From Oscillospiraceae bacterium (GTDB taxonomy: Bacteria; Bacillota; Clostridia; Oscillospirales; Ruminococcaceae), in the NCBI GenBank assembly GCA_021200775.1, contig JAJQGB010000016.1, positions 191,575 to 255,574 of the forward strand: 64,000 bases of DNA. Direction: 5' to 3'. Below, piece after piece: positions 1 to 8,043 of the stretch. A program made the position numbers and the translations under genes. The stretch's first letter is position 1, and every line of letters starts with the position of its first letter. The notes beneath the pieces were generated by a model that saw only the letters and a list, made by a program, of their open reading frames with translations, was not told where the DNA came from and searched no databases.

Positions 1-381
1 AGTCCCTCCGGGAACGTAAAGCCCAACCTTCGCAAACGGTATAATCTTCTGTCCGCAAACGATTCCGTCCTTTTCGGAGATGACAAACGAGTTCCTCAGC
101 TGGTGCTTATGGAAGTCCCAGATATTCTCGGCGGCTTCGTTAAGAATCCTCACAAATTCCGGCTCGACCGAAGCGTAAGCCTCCTCAATCTCTTCGTCAG
201 AAACCCTGAAATCGCTTATTTCTGTCTTGTCAAATTTCAGAGAATACTCCTTCAGAGCCTTGTCGCCATTAGCCTTCACGTTCGCAATAATCTCCGAAAC
301 AGTCTCAGCAACCGACGCAGTGTCTACCGGCTTTTTGAATATCTCTGAATTAGCATCTGTGTAATTATATATCTTTATCAT
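1..381 (-). CDS. hisD: histidinol dehydrogenase, N-terminal part (gene runs off the left edge)
   Basis: Absent from the ORF track because it is truncated. Reverse complement from ATG at 381 reads MIKIYNYTDANSEIFKKPVDTASVAETVSEIIANVKANGDKALKEYSLKFDK...FAKVGLYVPGGT, a typical HisD N-terminus. It lies 8 nt downstream of hisG. Confidence 0.85.
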   Translation of the reverse strand, partial: MIKIYNYTDANSEIFKKPVDTASVAETVSEIIANVKANGDKALKEYSLKFDKTEISDFRVSDEEIEEAYASVEPEFVRILNEAAENIWDFHKHQLRNSFVISEKDGIVCGQKIIPFAKVGLYVPGGT

Positions 382-389
382 ACTTTTGT

Positions 390-1022
390 CTACCTCTTTG
401 CCTCAATAATTTCTGAAATTTTCGACACGATTCCCGAAATTTCTCTGGGTTTAAACTTCGCCGCAGACTTGTTTAGAATCAGCCTTGCCGATATCTCAAA
501 TATCGTCTCGAAGACTTCAAGGTCGTTTTCCCTGAGAGTGTCTCCCGTCTCGACGATGTCGACGATGACATCCGAAAGCCCCAGAATCGGTGCCAGTTCA
601 ATCGAGCCGTTAAGCTTGATAACGTCGATTCTCCTCGACTGCCGTTCGTAATATTCGGAAGCAATAGTCGGGAACTTCGTCGCAACGCTCAAAGTCCGAT
701 TGGGATTATCCCGAAAATCCTTCGGTGCGGCAACGCACATCCGGCATTTGCCCATTCCGAGGTCTAGTACCTCGTAAACGTCCGGATTCGATTCTGTCAA
801 TATGTCCTTCCCGACGATTCCGACGTCAGCCGCACCTCGTTCTACGTAAATCGCCACGTCCGACGGCTTCACCCAAAAGAACCTGACTCCTGACTCTGGA
901 AGCTCCAGAACCAGTTTTCTTGAACTGAATCCGATGTCACCATCCGGGATAATTCCGGCTTCCTGAAATAGTTTCAACGCCTTTTCACCCAAACGCCCTT
1001 TGGGCAATGCTATGCTTATCAT
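390..1022 (-). CDS. hisG: ATP phosphoribosyltransferase, short (HisZ-dependent) form
   Basis: 210-aa ORF beginning MISIALPKGRLGEKALKLF... with ...RFFWVKPSDVAIYVERGAADVGIVGKD. Short-form length. Its start overlaps the hisZ stop by 4 nt. Confidence 0.9.
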   Translation of the reverse strand: MISIALPKGRLGEKALKLFQEAGIIPDGDIGFSSRKLVLELPESGVRFFWVKPSDVAIYVERGAADVGIVGKDILTESNPDVYEVLDLGMGKCRMCVAAPKDFRDNPNRTLSVATKFPTIASEYYERQSRRIDVIKLNGSIELAPILGLSDVIVDIVETGDTLRENDLEVFETIFEISARLILNKSAAKFKPREISGIVSKISEIIEAKR

Positions 1023-2125
1023 ATAGAATTCCTCGATGTCTCATTAAAATAGATTATCCTGCCGAACCGTGCTCTTTTCGGAATCTGATCTGTAACCCGA
1101 ACCCGAAGTCCGTTTTCTGAAAGCTCTCTTGCACGCTTCGCCACCTCTGCGGCGTCGTCCTTAGCCGAATATACCAGTGCGATGTCGGTATCGAGCTCGT
1201 CAGCAGTATCAAGTATCCTTTCGAGCGACTCAACATTCAGTGCAAAACCTATTGCACCCTTATTCTTGCCGATTCTTCTTAAAAGCGGGTCGTACCTTCC
1301 GCCGCTCAGAACCTTCTCCGGGATTCCTTCGATAAATCCTTGAAAGACAATCCCGTTGTAGTAGCTCATGTCCTGCACTACCGAGAAGTCAAGCCGCAGG
1401 CTTTCAAAAATCTCACTTTGTCTGAGCGTTTCGTTGACTCTTTCTAGCTCCATTAAGCCATCTTCAGCAGGAGTACCGGCGCAGATTTCTTTCAAACAGG
1501 GAAGAACCTCATCCGGCGAACCGGATATCTCCGCTAGCTTCAGAAGCCTATTTTTCGCTTCGTCATCCGATGAAATTCCCGAAAGCAATTTCTCAATCCC
1601 GTGAATATTTTTCGAGCCAATAAGCCGGGTGAGCTCTTTTCTCTGATACTCGGAAACCGGCAGATTGTCAATAAGCCCCGTCACGATTCCCATATGCGAA
1701 ATGTCGAGGATAAACTTCCTCCCGAACAGCCCGAGGCTTTCAGCGGCAAGCGTCACAACCTCACAGGTGTTGTACAGGTCGATATTTCCGATACATTCAA
1801 GCCCCGACTGTAAAATCTCTTTGAGGCGGTGTGAATCATGCGAAACCCGGCAGACATTTTCGTCGTAATAGAGCTTTTCGGTAACGCCGTCCTCCTCAGT
1901 TCTTGAACGGATAATCGACATCGTGACGTCCGGCTTCAGAGCCATCAGGCGTCCCTCAGTGTCTGTAAACGTGATAACCGCTTCGCCACCCAGGAAATCC
2001 TTGTTCTGAGCATATATATCATACTCTTCAAAGCCGTTCATCTTGTAGCCCTGATAGCCTCTGCTTTCGTAGAGACTGCGGAGCTTCAAAACCGCTTCTT
2101 CATCTGTTCTGAGTGCATTATTCAC
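1019..2125 (-). CDS. hisZ: ATP phosphoribosyltransferase regulatory subunit (HisRS paralogue)
   Basis: 368-aa ORF with class-II aaRS-like motifs (LRSLYESRGYQGYKM..., GGRYDPLL). It sits immediately upstream of short-form hisG. Confidence 0.85.
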   Translation of the reverse strand: MNNALRTDEEAVLKLRSLYESRGYQGYKMNGFEEYDIYAQNKDFLGGEAVITFTDTEGRLMALKPDVTMSIIRSRTEEDGVTEKLYYDENVCRVSHDSHRLKEILQSGLECIGNIDLYNTCEVVTLAAESLGLFGRKFILDISHMGIVTGLIDNLPVSEYQRKELTRLIGSKNIHGIEKLLSGISSDDEAKNRLLKLAEISGSPDEVLPCLKEICAGTPAEDGLMELERVNETLRQSEIFESLRLDFSVVQDMSYYNGIVFQGFIEGIPEKVLSGGRYDPLLRRIGKNKGAIGFALNVESLERILDTADELDTDIALVYSAKDDAAEVAKRARELSENGLRVRVTDQIPKRARFGRIIYFNETSRNSI

Positions 2126-2405
2126 TCTTATTCATCCTTTCGATTGCCAATTTGTAGCCGTTTTCGCCGTACATAAGACTGCGGTTGACACGACTAATAG
2201 TGGTGGTGCTGGCGCCGGTCTTACTCGCAATGTCCGAGTAGATAAAACCGTCACTTAAAAGTCTTGCCACCTCAAACCGCTGGCTCATCTCTTTGAGTTC
2301 CTTGACGGTGCACAAATCGTAAAAAAAGCTTCCACATTCCTCAGGCGTTTTGAGTTCTAAAATAGCCTTGAACAGCTCAGCTGTGTTTTCGTCGTAAGTT
2401 GCCAT
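2118..2405 (-). CDS. TrpR/YerC/YecD-family small DNA-binding protein, first gene of the his operon
   Basis: 95-aa ORF MATYDENTAELFKAILELKTPEECGSFFYDLCTVKELKEMSQRFEVARLL...TGASTTTISRVNRSL, the YerC/TrpR-like HTH signature. It overlaps the hisZ start by 8 nt. RBS AAAGGAGA. Confidence 0.75.
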   Translation of the reverse strand: MATYDENTAELFKAILELKTPEECGSFFYDLCTVKELKEMSQRFEVARLLSDGFIYSDIASKTGASTTTISRVNRSLMYGENGYKLAIERMNKSE

Positions 2406-2436
2406 TTGGGTAATCTCCTTTTGTTACTGTGTTATC

Positions 2437-2465
2437 ATGTTACCACGCTAGCGTACTAAAGTCAA
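2437..2465 (-). promoter_or_regulatory. promoter of the yerC-like/his operon with an embedded palindromic operator candidate
   Basis: Minus-strand TTGACT (2460-2465), 17-nt spacer, TAACAT (2437-2442). The spacer contains the palindrome ACGCTAGCGT within the 18-nt imperfect dyad TACCACGCTAGCGTACTA (2441-2458). Confidence 0.55.
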
Positions 2466-2649
2466 GTGGTATTTTCACCGAAATTCTTTTGAGATTCACC
2501 CCGCAATTTGTGCCGAAAGTGAGTTTCGCCATTTTGTGCGACAAAATTTAAAATAAATTGCGTCAAATCGCCTCATTCGGGTATTGACAGCCAAAGAAAA
2601 ACTGTGATATTATTAGAAAAACCGATTTATTATATAAGGAGGGAATATA

Positions 2650-3618
2650 ATGTTTTGCAAAAGATGCGGAACCCAGAACCCGGACAATGCGAACTTCTGC
2701 CAGGGCTGTGGTTTGCCGCTTAAAGAAGTTTCTCAGGAGAATTCCGCAAATTCATATCAATCGCCGCCGAATACAAATCCGGCACCGAACCCGAATCCCA
2801 CTGTCTATAGCGAGCCGGCACCCGAATCTCCGTTAGCGGCTCTAAAAAAAGTCGCCACTTCCGGGCTTTTCCGGTTCACTGCGTTTGCCTTCTGCACCTT
2901 GATTATATCGAATATTCTGACACTTATCGATACAAGCTTCATGTGGGGACTTGTCAGCCAGATTTTAGGGGATATCGACCGTAGCCTTGTCAACGATATG
3001 TCGAGATATCTCGCAAGTATCAGCTCCTTCGGGGCGATAATCTCCCAGATTCCGTATATCCTTATTGCCATCGGTCTCTGGATGACCTATGCCACCGCCG
3101 CCAGCAAGAAGGACAAGCCTTTCAGTACTGCCGGTCTCACTCTAATCAAAGTCATATATGTTATAGAGCTTGTCATGGTTTGCTTACTTCTCGCCGTCTG
3201 TATGGTCGTAATGCTTATCGCCAGTATCACCTCAACAAATGCCGAGGACGCCATGCTGGTCTTTGCCTTTGTAATCGCTTTGGATGTAGTATTTGGCGTG
3301 GCAATCTTCTGGCTCGCAATGATTATAAAGAGCCTGAACGCCGCCAAGAAAGCGGCAACCGAAGAGCACGGCAAACATGTCGGCAAGAATGCCTCCGCCT
3401 TCGTCGGGGTTGTCTGCTATATCGGAGGAGTTATCAACATCATCTCCGCCATTTCAAACCTCGTAGTATTATCGACATCTATTTCAGATAACTCTGCCAT
3501 TATAATATCCACTGGTTCGATAACAGCCTTCTGTAACTGTGCAATAGGAGCCGTCGTCCAGATTTGCTTCGGAGTCCTGATATTCAGATTCCGCAGAGAA
3601 ATGAAGAGGCTGAAGTAA
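2650..3618 (+). CDS. zinc-ribbon domain membrane protein (multi-pass)
   Basis: N-terminal MFCKRCGTQNPDNANFCQGCG zinc ribbon, then a Pro/Asn-rich linker, then about 7 hydrophobic segments. RBS AAGGAGGG lies 8 nt upstream. Confidence 0.7.
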   Translation: MFCKRCGTQNPDNANFCQGCGLPLKEVSQENSANSYQSPPNTNPAPNPNPTVYSEPAPESPLAALKKVATSGLFRFTAFAFCTLIISNILTLIDTSFMWGLVSQILGDIDRSLVNDMSRYLASISSFGAIISQIPYILIAIGLWMTYATAASKKDKPFSTAGLTLIKVIYVIELVMVCLLLAVCMVVMLIASITSTNAEDAMLVFAFVIALDVVFGVAIFWLAMIIKSLNAAKKAATEEHGKHVGKNASAFVGVVCYIGGVINIISAISNLVVLSTSISDNSAIIISTGSITAFCNCAIGAVVQICFGVLIFRFRREMKRLK

Positions 3619-3635
3619 TCAAAACTCAAAAAATC

Positions 3636-3675
3636 AGGCAACAGCGCCATCAGAAGCACTGTTGCCTTTATTTTT
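3636..3675. terminator. bidirectional intrinsic terminator between convergent genes
   Basis: 9-bp stem AGGCAACAG / CTGTTGCCT, followed by TTTATTTTT and preceded by an A-run. Confidence 0.7.
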
Positions 3676-3683
3676 ACGGTAAA

Positions 3684-5096
3684 TCAGATAGTCTCTACTT
3701 TTATGAGATTCGTATTTCCCGAGCGACCATTGGTCATACCGCCGGTGACGACGATTTTGTCTCCACGCTGGAGGTTGAATACTTTGAGGGAAGTATTCTT
3801 TGCAGTGTAGAATAGAACGTCTGTCGACTCATAGGTGTCGCACATGTAGGGAGTGACGCCCCATGAAAGTGCGAGCTTATAGCAGGTCTTGACGTTGGTG
3901 GTAAGTCCCAGGATGTCGACAGGGCATCTGAATCTCGATACCATTCTTACAGTCGAACCGGAAAGCGAGCAAACCGCAATCGCCTTTGCATTGACGTCAA
4001 CCGCCATTCCGCAGGTAGCATGTGAGATAGCGTCGACAGTGTTCTGAATCTTGAACTCAGCTGTTCTGAAAAGCTTGGTATAGTCGATGCTCTTTTCGGT
4101 AGTTTCGGCAATCTTCGCCATAGTCTGAAGCGCCAGAACCGGGTACTTGCCCGCAGCTGTTTCGCCGGAGAGCATGATAGCACTTGTGCCGTCATAAACG
4201 GCGTTCGCAACGTCCGAGGTCTCAGCTCTTGTCGGGCGGGGATTATGAATCATCGATTCGAGCATTTCGGTAGCGGTTATAACACGCTTTCCGAGGAGTC
4301 TGCACTTTGTGATAAGCTGTTTCTGGATAGCGGGGAGCTTCTCAAAGGCAATCTCAACGCCCATGTCGCCTCTGCCAATCATGATTCCGTCGGCAACCTC
4401 GCATATCTCTTCGATGTTGTCGATGCCAGCCTGATTTTCAATCTTCGCGATCAGGTCGATATCTTTGCCGCCGTTGGCGTCCAGAAGCGTCTTTATGTCA
4501 ATCATATCCTGCTTGCAGGAAACGAACGAGCAGGCGACAAAGTCAACGCCGTTTTCGATTCCGAAGAGTAAATCGGACTTGTCCTGTTCGCTGAGATACT
4601 CCTGTTTTAAAAGCTTTGTCGGGAAGCTCATCGACTTGTTGTTCGAGAGCTCGCCGCCCTCATTTACAACCGTATAGACATTCATGTCGTCAACTGAGGT
4701 AACGGTGAATTTGAGGAGTCCGTTATTGAGAAGGATTATGTCGCCTTCTTCGAGGTCATGAGCAAGACCCTTGTAGTATACGGTGACTCTTTCCTGATTT
4801 CCGACAACGTCTTCTGTGGTGAAGGTGAACTTGTCGCCCTCATTGAGAGTAATCTTACCGTTCTCGAATGAGCGGATTCTGTATTCAGGACCTTTCGTGT
4901 CGAGCATGATTGCAACTGGCAGGTCGAGTTCTGAACGAAGCTTCTTGATAAGGTTTATCTTTTCAAGATGGTCTTCGTGAGTTCCGTGGGAGAAGTTGAG
5001 CCGGGCTACATTCATTCCCGAGAGCATCATTTCCCGAAGGGTGGCTTCATCACTGCAAGCAGGACCAATGGTACAGATGATTTTTGTCTTTCTCAT
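3684..5096 (-). CDS. pyk: pyruvate kinase
   Basis: MRKTKIICTIGPACS..., NVARLNFSHG, MIGRGDMGVEI and VITATEMLESM motifs. I prefer the start at 5096 (RBS GAGGAA) over the track start at 5150. Confidence 0.9.
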   Translation of the reverse strand: MRKTKIICTIGPACSDEATLREMMLSGMNVARLNFSHGTHEDHLEKINLIKKLRSELDLPVAIMLDTKGPEYRIRSFENGKITLNEGDKFTFTTEDVVGNQERVTVYYKGLAHDLEEGDIILLNNGLLKFTVTSVDDMNVYTVVNEGGELSNNKSMSFPTKLLKQEYLSEQDKSDLLFGIENGVDFVACSFVSCKQDMIDIKTLLDANGGKDIDLIAKIENQAGIDNIEEICEVADGIMIGRGDMGVEIAFEKLPAIQKQLITKCRLLGKRVITATEMLESMIHNPRPTRAETSDVANAVYDGTSAIMLSGETAAGKYPVLALQTMAKIAETTEKSIDYTKLFRTAEFKIQNTVDAISHATCGMAVDVNAKAIAVCSLSGSTVRMVSRFRCPVDILGLTTNVKTCYKLALSWGVTPYMCDTYESTDVLFYTAKNTSLKVFNLQRGDKIVVTGGMTNGRSGNTNLIKVETI

Positions 5097-5189
5097 AGTG
5101 GATTCCTCTGATTTATCTTGTAGTAATTGTTGAGAGTAGTAAGCCGTCAAGAGTCTTGAAAGCTTGTTATTCCCGGCAAACTGAAGTAT

Positions 5190-5220
5190 GCTACCCGCAC
5201 GGGGTCACCATGCGGGTAGC
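5190..5220 (-). terminator. terminator-like hairpin after the isomerase gene
   Basis: 10-bp stem GCTACCCGCA / TGCGGGTAGC. The downstream U-tract on the minus strand is weak. Confidence 0.4.
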
Positions 5221-5231
5221 GGAGTTTTAAA

Positions 5232-6716
5232 TCAGGCAAAAGGATTCTCAGTCGGATAGGGAAGAGAAGCAGGCTGATTGTAGGCAATGTCTTCAATGCC
5301 GAGATACTTCATAACCTCGAACATGAGCTTGCCACAATGGCTGAACGCAACCGCACCGTGGTGAGGATATCTCTTCTGGATGAGAACGTGGCGATAGAAT
5401 CTGCCCATCTCGGGAATTCCGAATACTGCGATACCGCCGAACGAACGGGTAGCAACAGGAAGAATCTCGCCCTCAGCGATGTAGGCGTGGAGCTTTCCGT
5501 CGCTGTCGCACTGGAGTCTGTAGAAGGTGATGTCAGAAGGAGCGATGTCGCCTTCGAGAGTTCCTCTGGTGAAGTCGGGGTCGCTTCCCTGAGGTTCGAG
5601 AAGTCTGTGCTGGATGAGCTGATACTTGACAGCTCTGTCGTCGCACATCTTGCAGGAAGGAGTGTTGCCGCAGTGGAAGCCCATGAATGTATCAGTGAGC
5701 TTGTAGCCGAGGTCGGCAATCTTGTCCTCATCATATATGTACTGAGGAACGCTGTTGTTGATGTCAAGAAGAGTAACGGTGTCGCCGGTCAGGCAGATTC
5801 CGATATACTCGGAGAGAGCGCCATAGATATCAACTTCGCAGGAAACAGGGATGCCTCTGGAGCAGAGACGGCTGTTTACATAGCAAGGCTCAAAGCCGAA
5901 CTGGCTCGGGAAAGCAGGCCAGCACTTGTCAGCGAATGCGACATACTGTCTTGAACCCTTGTGGTTCTCCGCCCAGTCAAGAAGAGTGAGCTCGAACTGA
6001 GCCATTCTCTCGCTCAAATCGGGATAGAACTTGCCTTCGCCCATTTCAGCTGCCATTTCAGCGCAGACACCGGGGATTCTCGGGTCGCCAGCGTGCTCCT
6101 TGTAGGAGACGAGAAGGTCGAGCTCGCTGTTCTCTTCAATCTCAACGCCAAGTTCATAAAGACCGTTGATAGGAGCGTTGCAAGCGAAGAAGTCCTGCGG
6201 ACGGGGACCGAAGGTGATAATCTTCAGGTTCTTCAAGCCTAAAATTACTCTTGCAATCGGAACGAACTCAGCAATCATCTTTGTGATGTCCTCAGCGGTT
6301 CCGACAGGATACTCAGGGATGTAGCCCTTCAGCTTGCGAAGACCGAGATTATAAGAGCAGTTGAGCATACCGCAATAAGCGTCGCCTCTGCCGTTAATCA
6401 TGTCTCCGTCGCCTTCAGCGGCTGCAACGAACATGCAAGGACCGTCGAAGTTCTTTGCAATAAGGGTTTCGGGAGTCTCAGGACCGAAGTTACCGAGGAA
6501 TACAACCAAAGCGTTGCATCCAGCCGCCTTGACGTCACTGACAGCTTTAAGCATATCGAGCTCGTTCTCGACAGTTACAGGGCACTCATAGAGATCCTGA
6601 CCCTTAGCCTTGCACTCAGCGGCAATTGCGGTGCGTCTCTTCTCAGAAAGCTGAATCGGGAAGCAGTCACGGGAAACGGCAACAATACCGAGCTTTACAA
6701 CAGGAATGTTTATCAT
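5232..6716 (-). CDS. L-fucose/L-arabinose isomerase family protein (COG2407-like)
   Basis: About 494 aa from MINIPVVKLGIVAVSRDCFP..., with ...ITFGPRPQDFFACN... and FMGFHCGN. I prefer the start at 6716, behind RBS GGAGGT. Confidence 0.6.
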   Translation of the reverse strand: MINIPVVKLGIVAVSRDCFPIQLSEKRRTAIAAECKAKGQDLYECPVTVENELDMLKAVSDVKAAGCNALVVFLGNFGPETPETLIAKNFDGPCMFVAAAEGDGDMINGRGDAYCGMLNCSYNLGLRKLKGYIPEYPVGTAEDITKMIAEFVPIARVILGLKNLKIITFGPRPQDFFACNAPINGLYELGVEIEENSELDLLVSYKEHAGDPRIPGVCAEMAAEMGEGKFYPDLSERMAQFELTLLDWAENHKGSRQYVAFADKCWPAFPSQFGFEPCYVNSRLCSRGIPVSCEVDIYGALSEYIGICLTGDTVTLLDINNSVPQYIYDEDKIADLGYKLTDTFMGFHCGNTPSCKMCDDRAVKYQLIQHRLLEPQGSDPDFTRGTLEGDIAPSDITFYRLQCDSDGKLHAYIAEGEILPVATRSFGGIAVFGIPEMGRFYRHVLIQKRYPHHGAVAFSHCGKLMFEVMKYLGIEDIAYNQPASLPYPTENPFA

Positions 6717-6881
6717 ACTATACCTCCAAATAAATATTTTCATTCTTTACTTCCGTATAAAAACGGACAACAAAGAACGTGTATGCAATCATGCACCTCT
6801 ATTATATAATAAACTCGAACGCTTTTCAACTGTTTTCTTCAGAAAATGAGTGAAAATATCTGCAAAACACGATGATTTTTC

Positions 6882-6910
6882 TTGACAGATAGGTTTGAGC
6901 TGAGTATAAT
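6882..6910 (+). promoter_or_regulatory. promoter of the toxin-antitoxin pair
   Basis: TTGACA (6882-6887), 17 nt, TATAAT (6905-6910). Confidence 0.65.
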
Positions 6911-6962
6911 ATAAGTAAGGAATTCACGGAATTCAATGACTAACCGAAAAGGAGGCTTTATA

Positions 6963-7232
6963 ATGGAACTTGCAAAGATAACTTCCAAAGGACAGATAAC
7001 CATCCCGATAGAAATCCGCCGTTTTCTGGGCGTCAAAGACGGTGATAAAGTCATGTTCATTCAGGACGGCAACAGGGTAGTAATGATGAACGCCTCCCTC
7101 AACGCTCTGATGGATCTTCAGTCCGCCTTCACCGGCGTTGCTGAAGAGCAAAGCATCAAGGATGAACAGGACGTCGTGGACATGGTGAAAGAAATCCGCA
7201 AGGAGAAGAGCGGGGAATACACATGCGAGTAA
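6963..7232 (+). CDS. AbrB/SpoVT-family antitoxin
   Basis: MELAKITSKGQITIPIEIRRFLGVKDGDKVMF, a swapped-hairpin AbrB motif. RBS AAAGGAGG. It overlaps the PIN gene by 10 nt. Confidence 0.8.
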   Translation: MELAKITSKGQITIPIEIRRFLGVKDGDKVMFIQDGNRVVMMNASLNALMDLQSAFTGVAEEQSIKDEQDVVDMVKEIRKEKSGEYTCE

Positions 7233-7621
7233 TGTTCGACACCAATATCCTGATATCTATGGCACTTTTTCCGTCGGAGAGATTCAATTTGCTTCTGGAC
7301 TCTGTTACAAGGGAGCATACCCTTGTTATCCCATCTTTTGTGATTGAGGAACTGGAAGTTGTAACTGACAGGAAATTTCCGACTAAAAAGAGCGCTGTCG
7401 ATAAGTTTTTGTCTCAACTGAATTTTGAGTTTTCTTACACCCCGCACATCATGAAAAGCGGTTTGTTTGAAATCAGGGATATGAACGATTACCCTGTTCT
7501 CTACTCGGCAATTATCGAGGATGTCGACGTGCTAGTTACCGGCGATAAGGATTTATTGACGGTGGAAATCGAAAAGCCGGAAATACTGACAGCGGCAGAG
7601 TTTGTTTCGAGCTATATCTAA
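7223..7621 (+). CDS. PIN-domain toxin (putative ribonuclease)
   Basis: MRVMFDTNILIS..., DYPVLYSAI and LVTGDKDLL match the acidic-residue pattern of PIN domains. Confidence 0.8.
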   Translation: MRVMFDTNILISMALFPSERFNLLLDSVTREHTLVIPSFVIEELEVVTDRKFPTKKSAVDKFLSQLNFEFSYTPHIMKSGLFEIRDMNDYPVLYSAIIEDVDVLVTGDKDLLTVEIEKPEILTAAEFVSSYI

Positions 7622-7642
7622 AAAATCTTCTCAAATCCGCCG

Positions 7643-7671
7643 TTGACAATTTCCCATCCAAGTGCTATAAT
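7643..7671 (+). promoter_or_regulatory. promoter of the tRNA pair
   Basis: TTGACA (7643-7648), 17 nt, TATAAT (7666-7671). Confidence 0.65.
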
Positions 7672-7697
7672 AATTCCCACGGGCAAGAGTAGGGAAT

Positions 7698-7780
7698 GCA
7701 CCTGTGGTGGAATTGGCAGACACGATAGATTTAGGTTCTATTGCTTTTGCGTGCAGGTTCAAGTCCTGTCAGGTGCACCA
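7698..7780 (+). tRNA. tRNA-Leu (anticodon TAG), CCA encoded
   Basis: Acceptor stem GCACCTG/CAGGTGC, anticodon loop TTTAGGT, long variable arm, T-arm AGGTTCAAGTCCT, 3' ACCA. Confidence 0.9.
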
Positions 7781-7797
7781 TTTCTCCCCGTAATAAT

Positions 7798-7871
7798 GCA
7801 GATGTAGTTCAGTGGCAGAACATCAGCTTCCCAAGCTGAATATGCGGGTTCGATTCCCGTCATCTGCTCCA
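7798..7871 (+). tRNA. tRNA-Gly (anticodon CCC), CCA encoded
   Basis: Acceptor stem GCAGATG/CATCTGC, anticodon loop TTCCCAA, T-arm CGGGTTCGATTCCCG, 3' TCCA. Confidence 0.9.
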
Positions 7872-7878
7872 AAAAAGC

Positions 7879-7908
7879 GTCCCAGCCATAAGGCTGGGAC
7901 TGTTTTTG
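7879..7908 (+). terminator. intrinsic terminator after the tRNAs
   Basis: 9-bp stem GTCCCAGCC / GGCTGGGAC, loop ATAA, then TGTTTTT. Confidence 0.8.
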
Positions 7909-8004
7909 TCGCTATGAGGGTTGTGATTTAGGCTCCCCTACGCTTAGGGGAGTTGGCGCCGAAGGCGACTGAGAGGTGTGCGACCAACGGGAGCGCATTC
8001 GCCG

Positions 8005-8034
8005 CAGGCGAACTGTGGGTTCAGATTCCTGCCA
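8005..8034 (+). repeat. degenerate copy of the tRNA-Gly 3' end (T-arm plus acceptor)
   Basis: GTGGGTTCAGATTCCTGCCATCTGCGGTCC compared with tRNA 7844-7871 GCGGGTTCGATTCCCGTCATCTGCTCCA. Confidence 0.5.
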
Positions 8035-8043
8035 TCTGCGGTC

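Noticed and set aside
103-348. 81-aa plus-strand ORF at the left edge
   Set aside because: It is antisense to the truncated hisD gene, whose translation is unambiguous.
7698-8043. An integrated mobile element at tRNA-Gly
   Set aside because: Only about 130 nt lie between the tRNA and its degenerate repeat, and no integrase or cargo is present. At most it is a scar.
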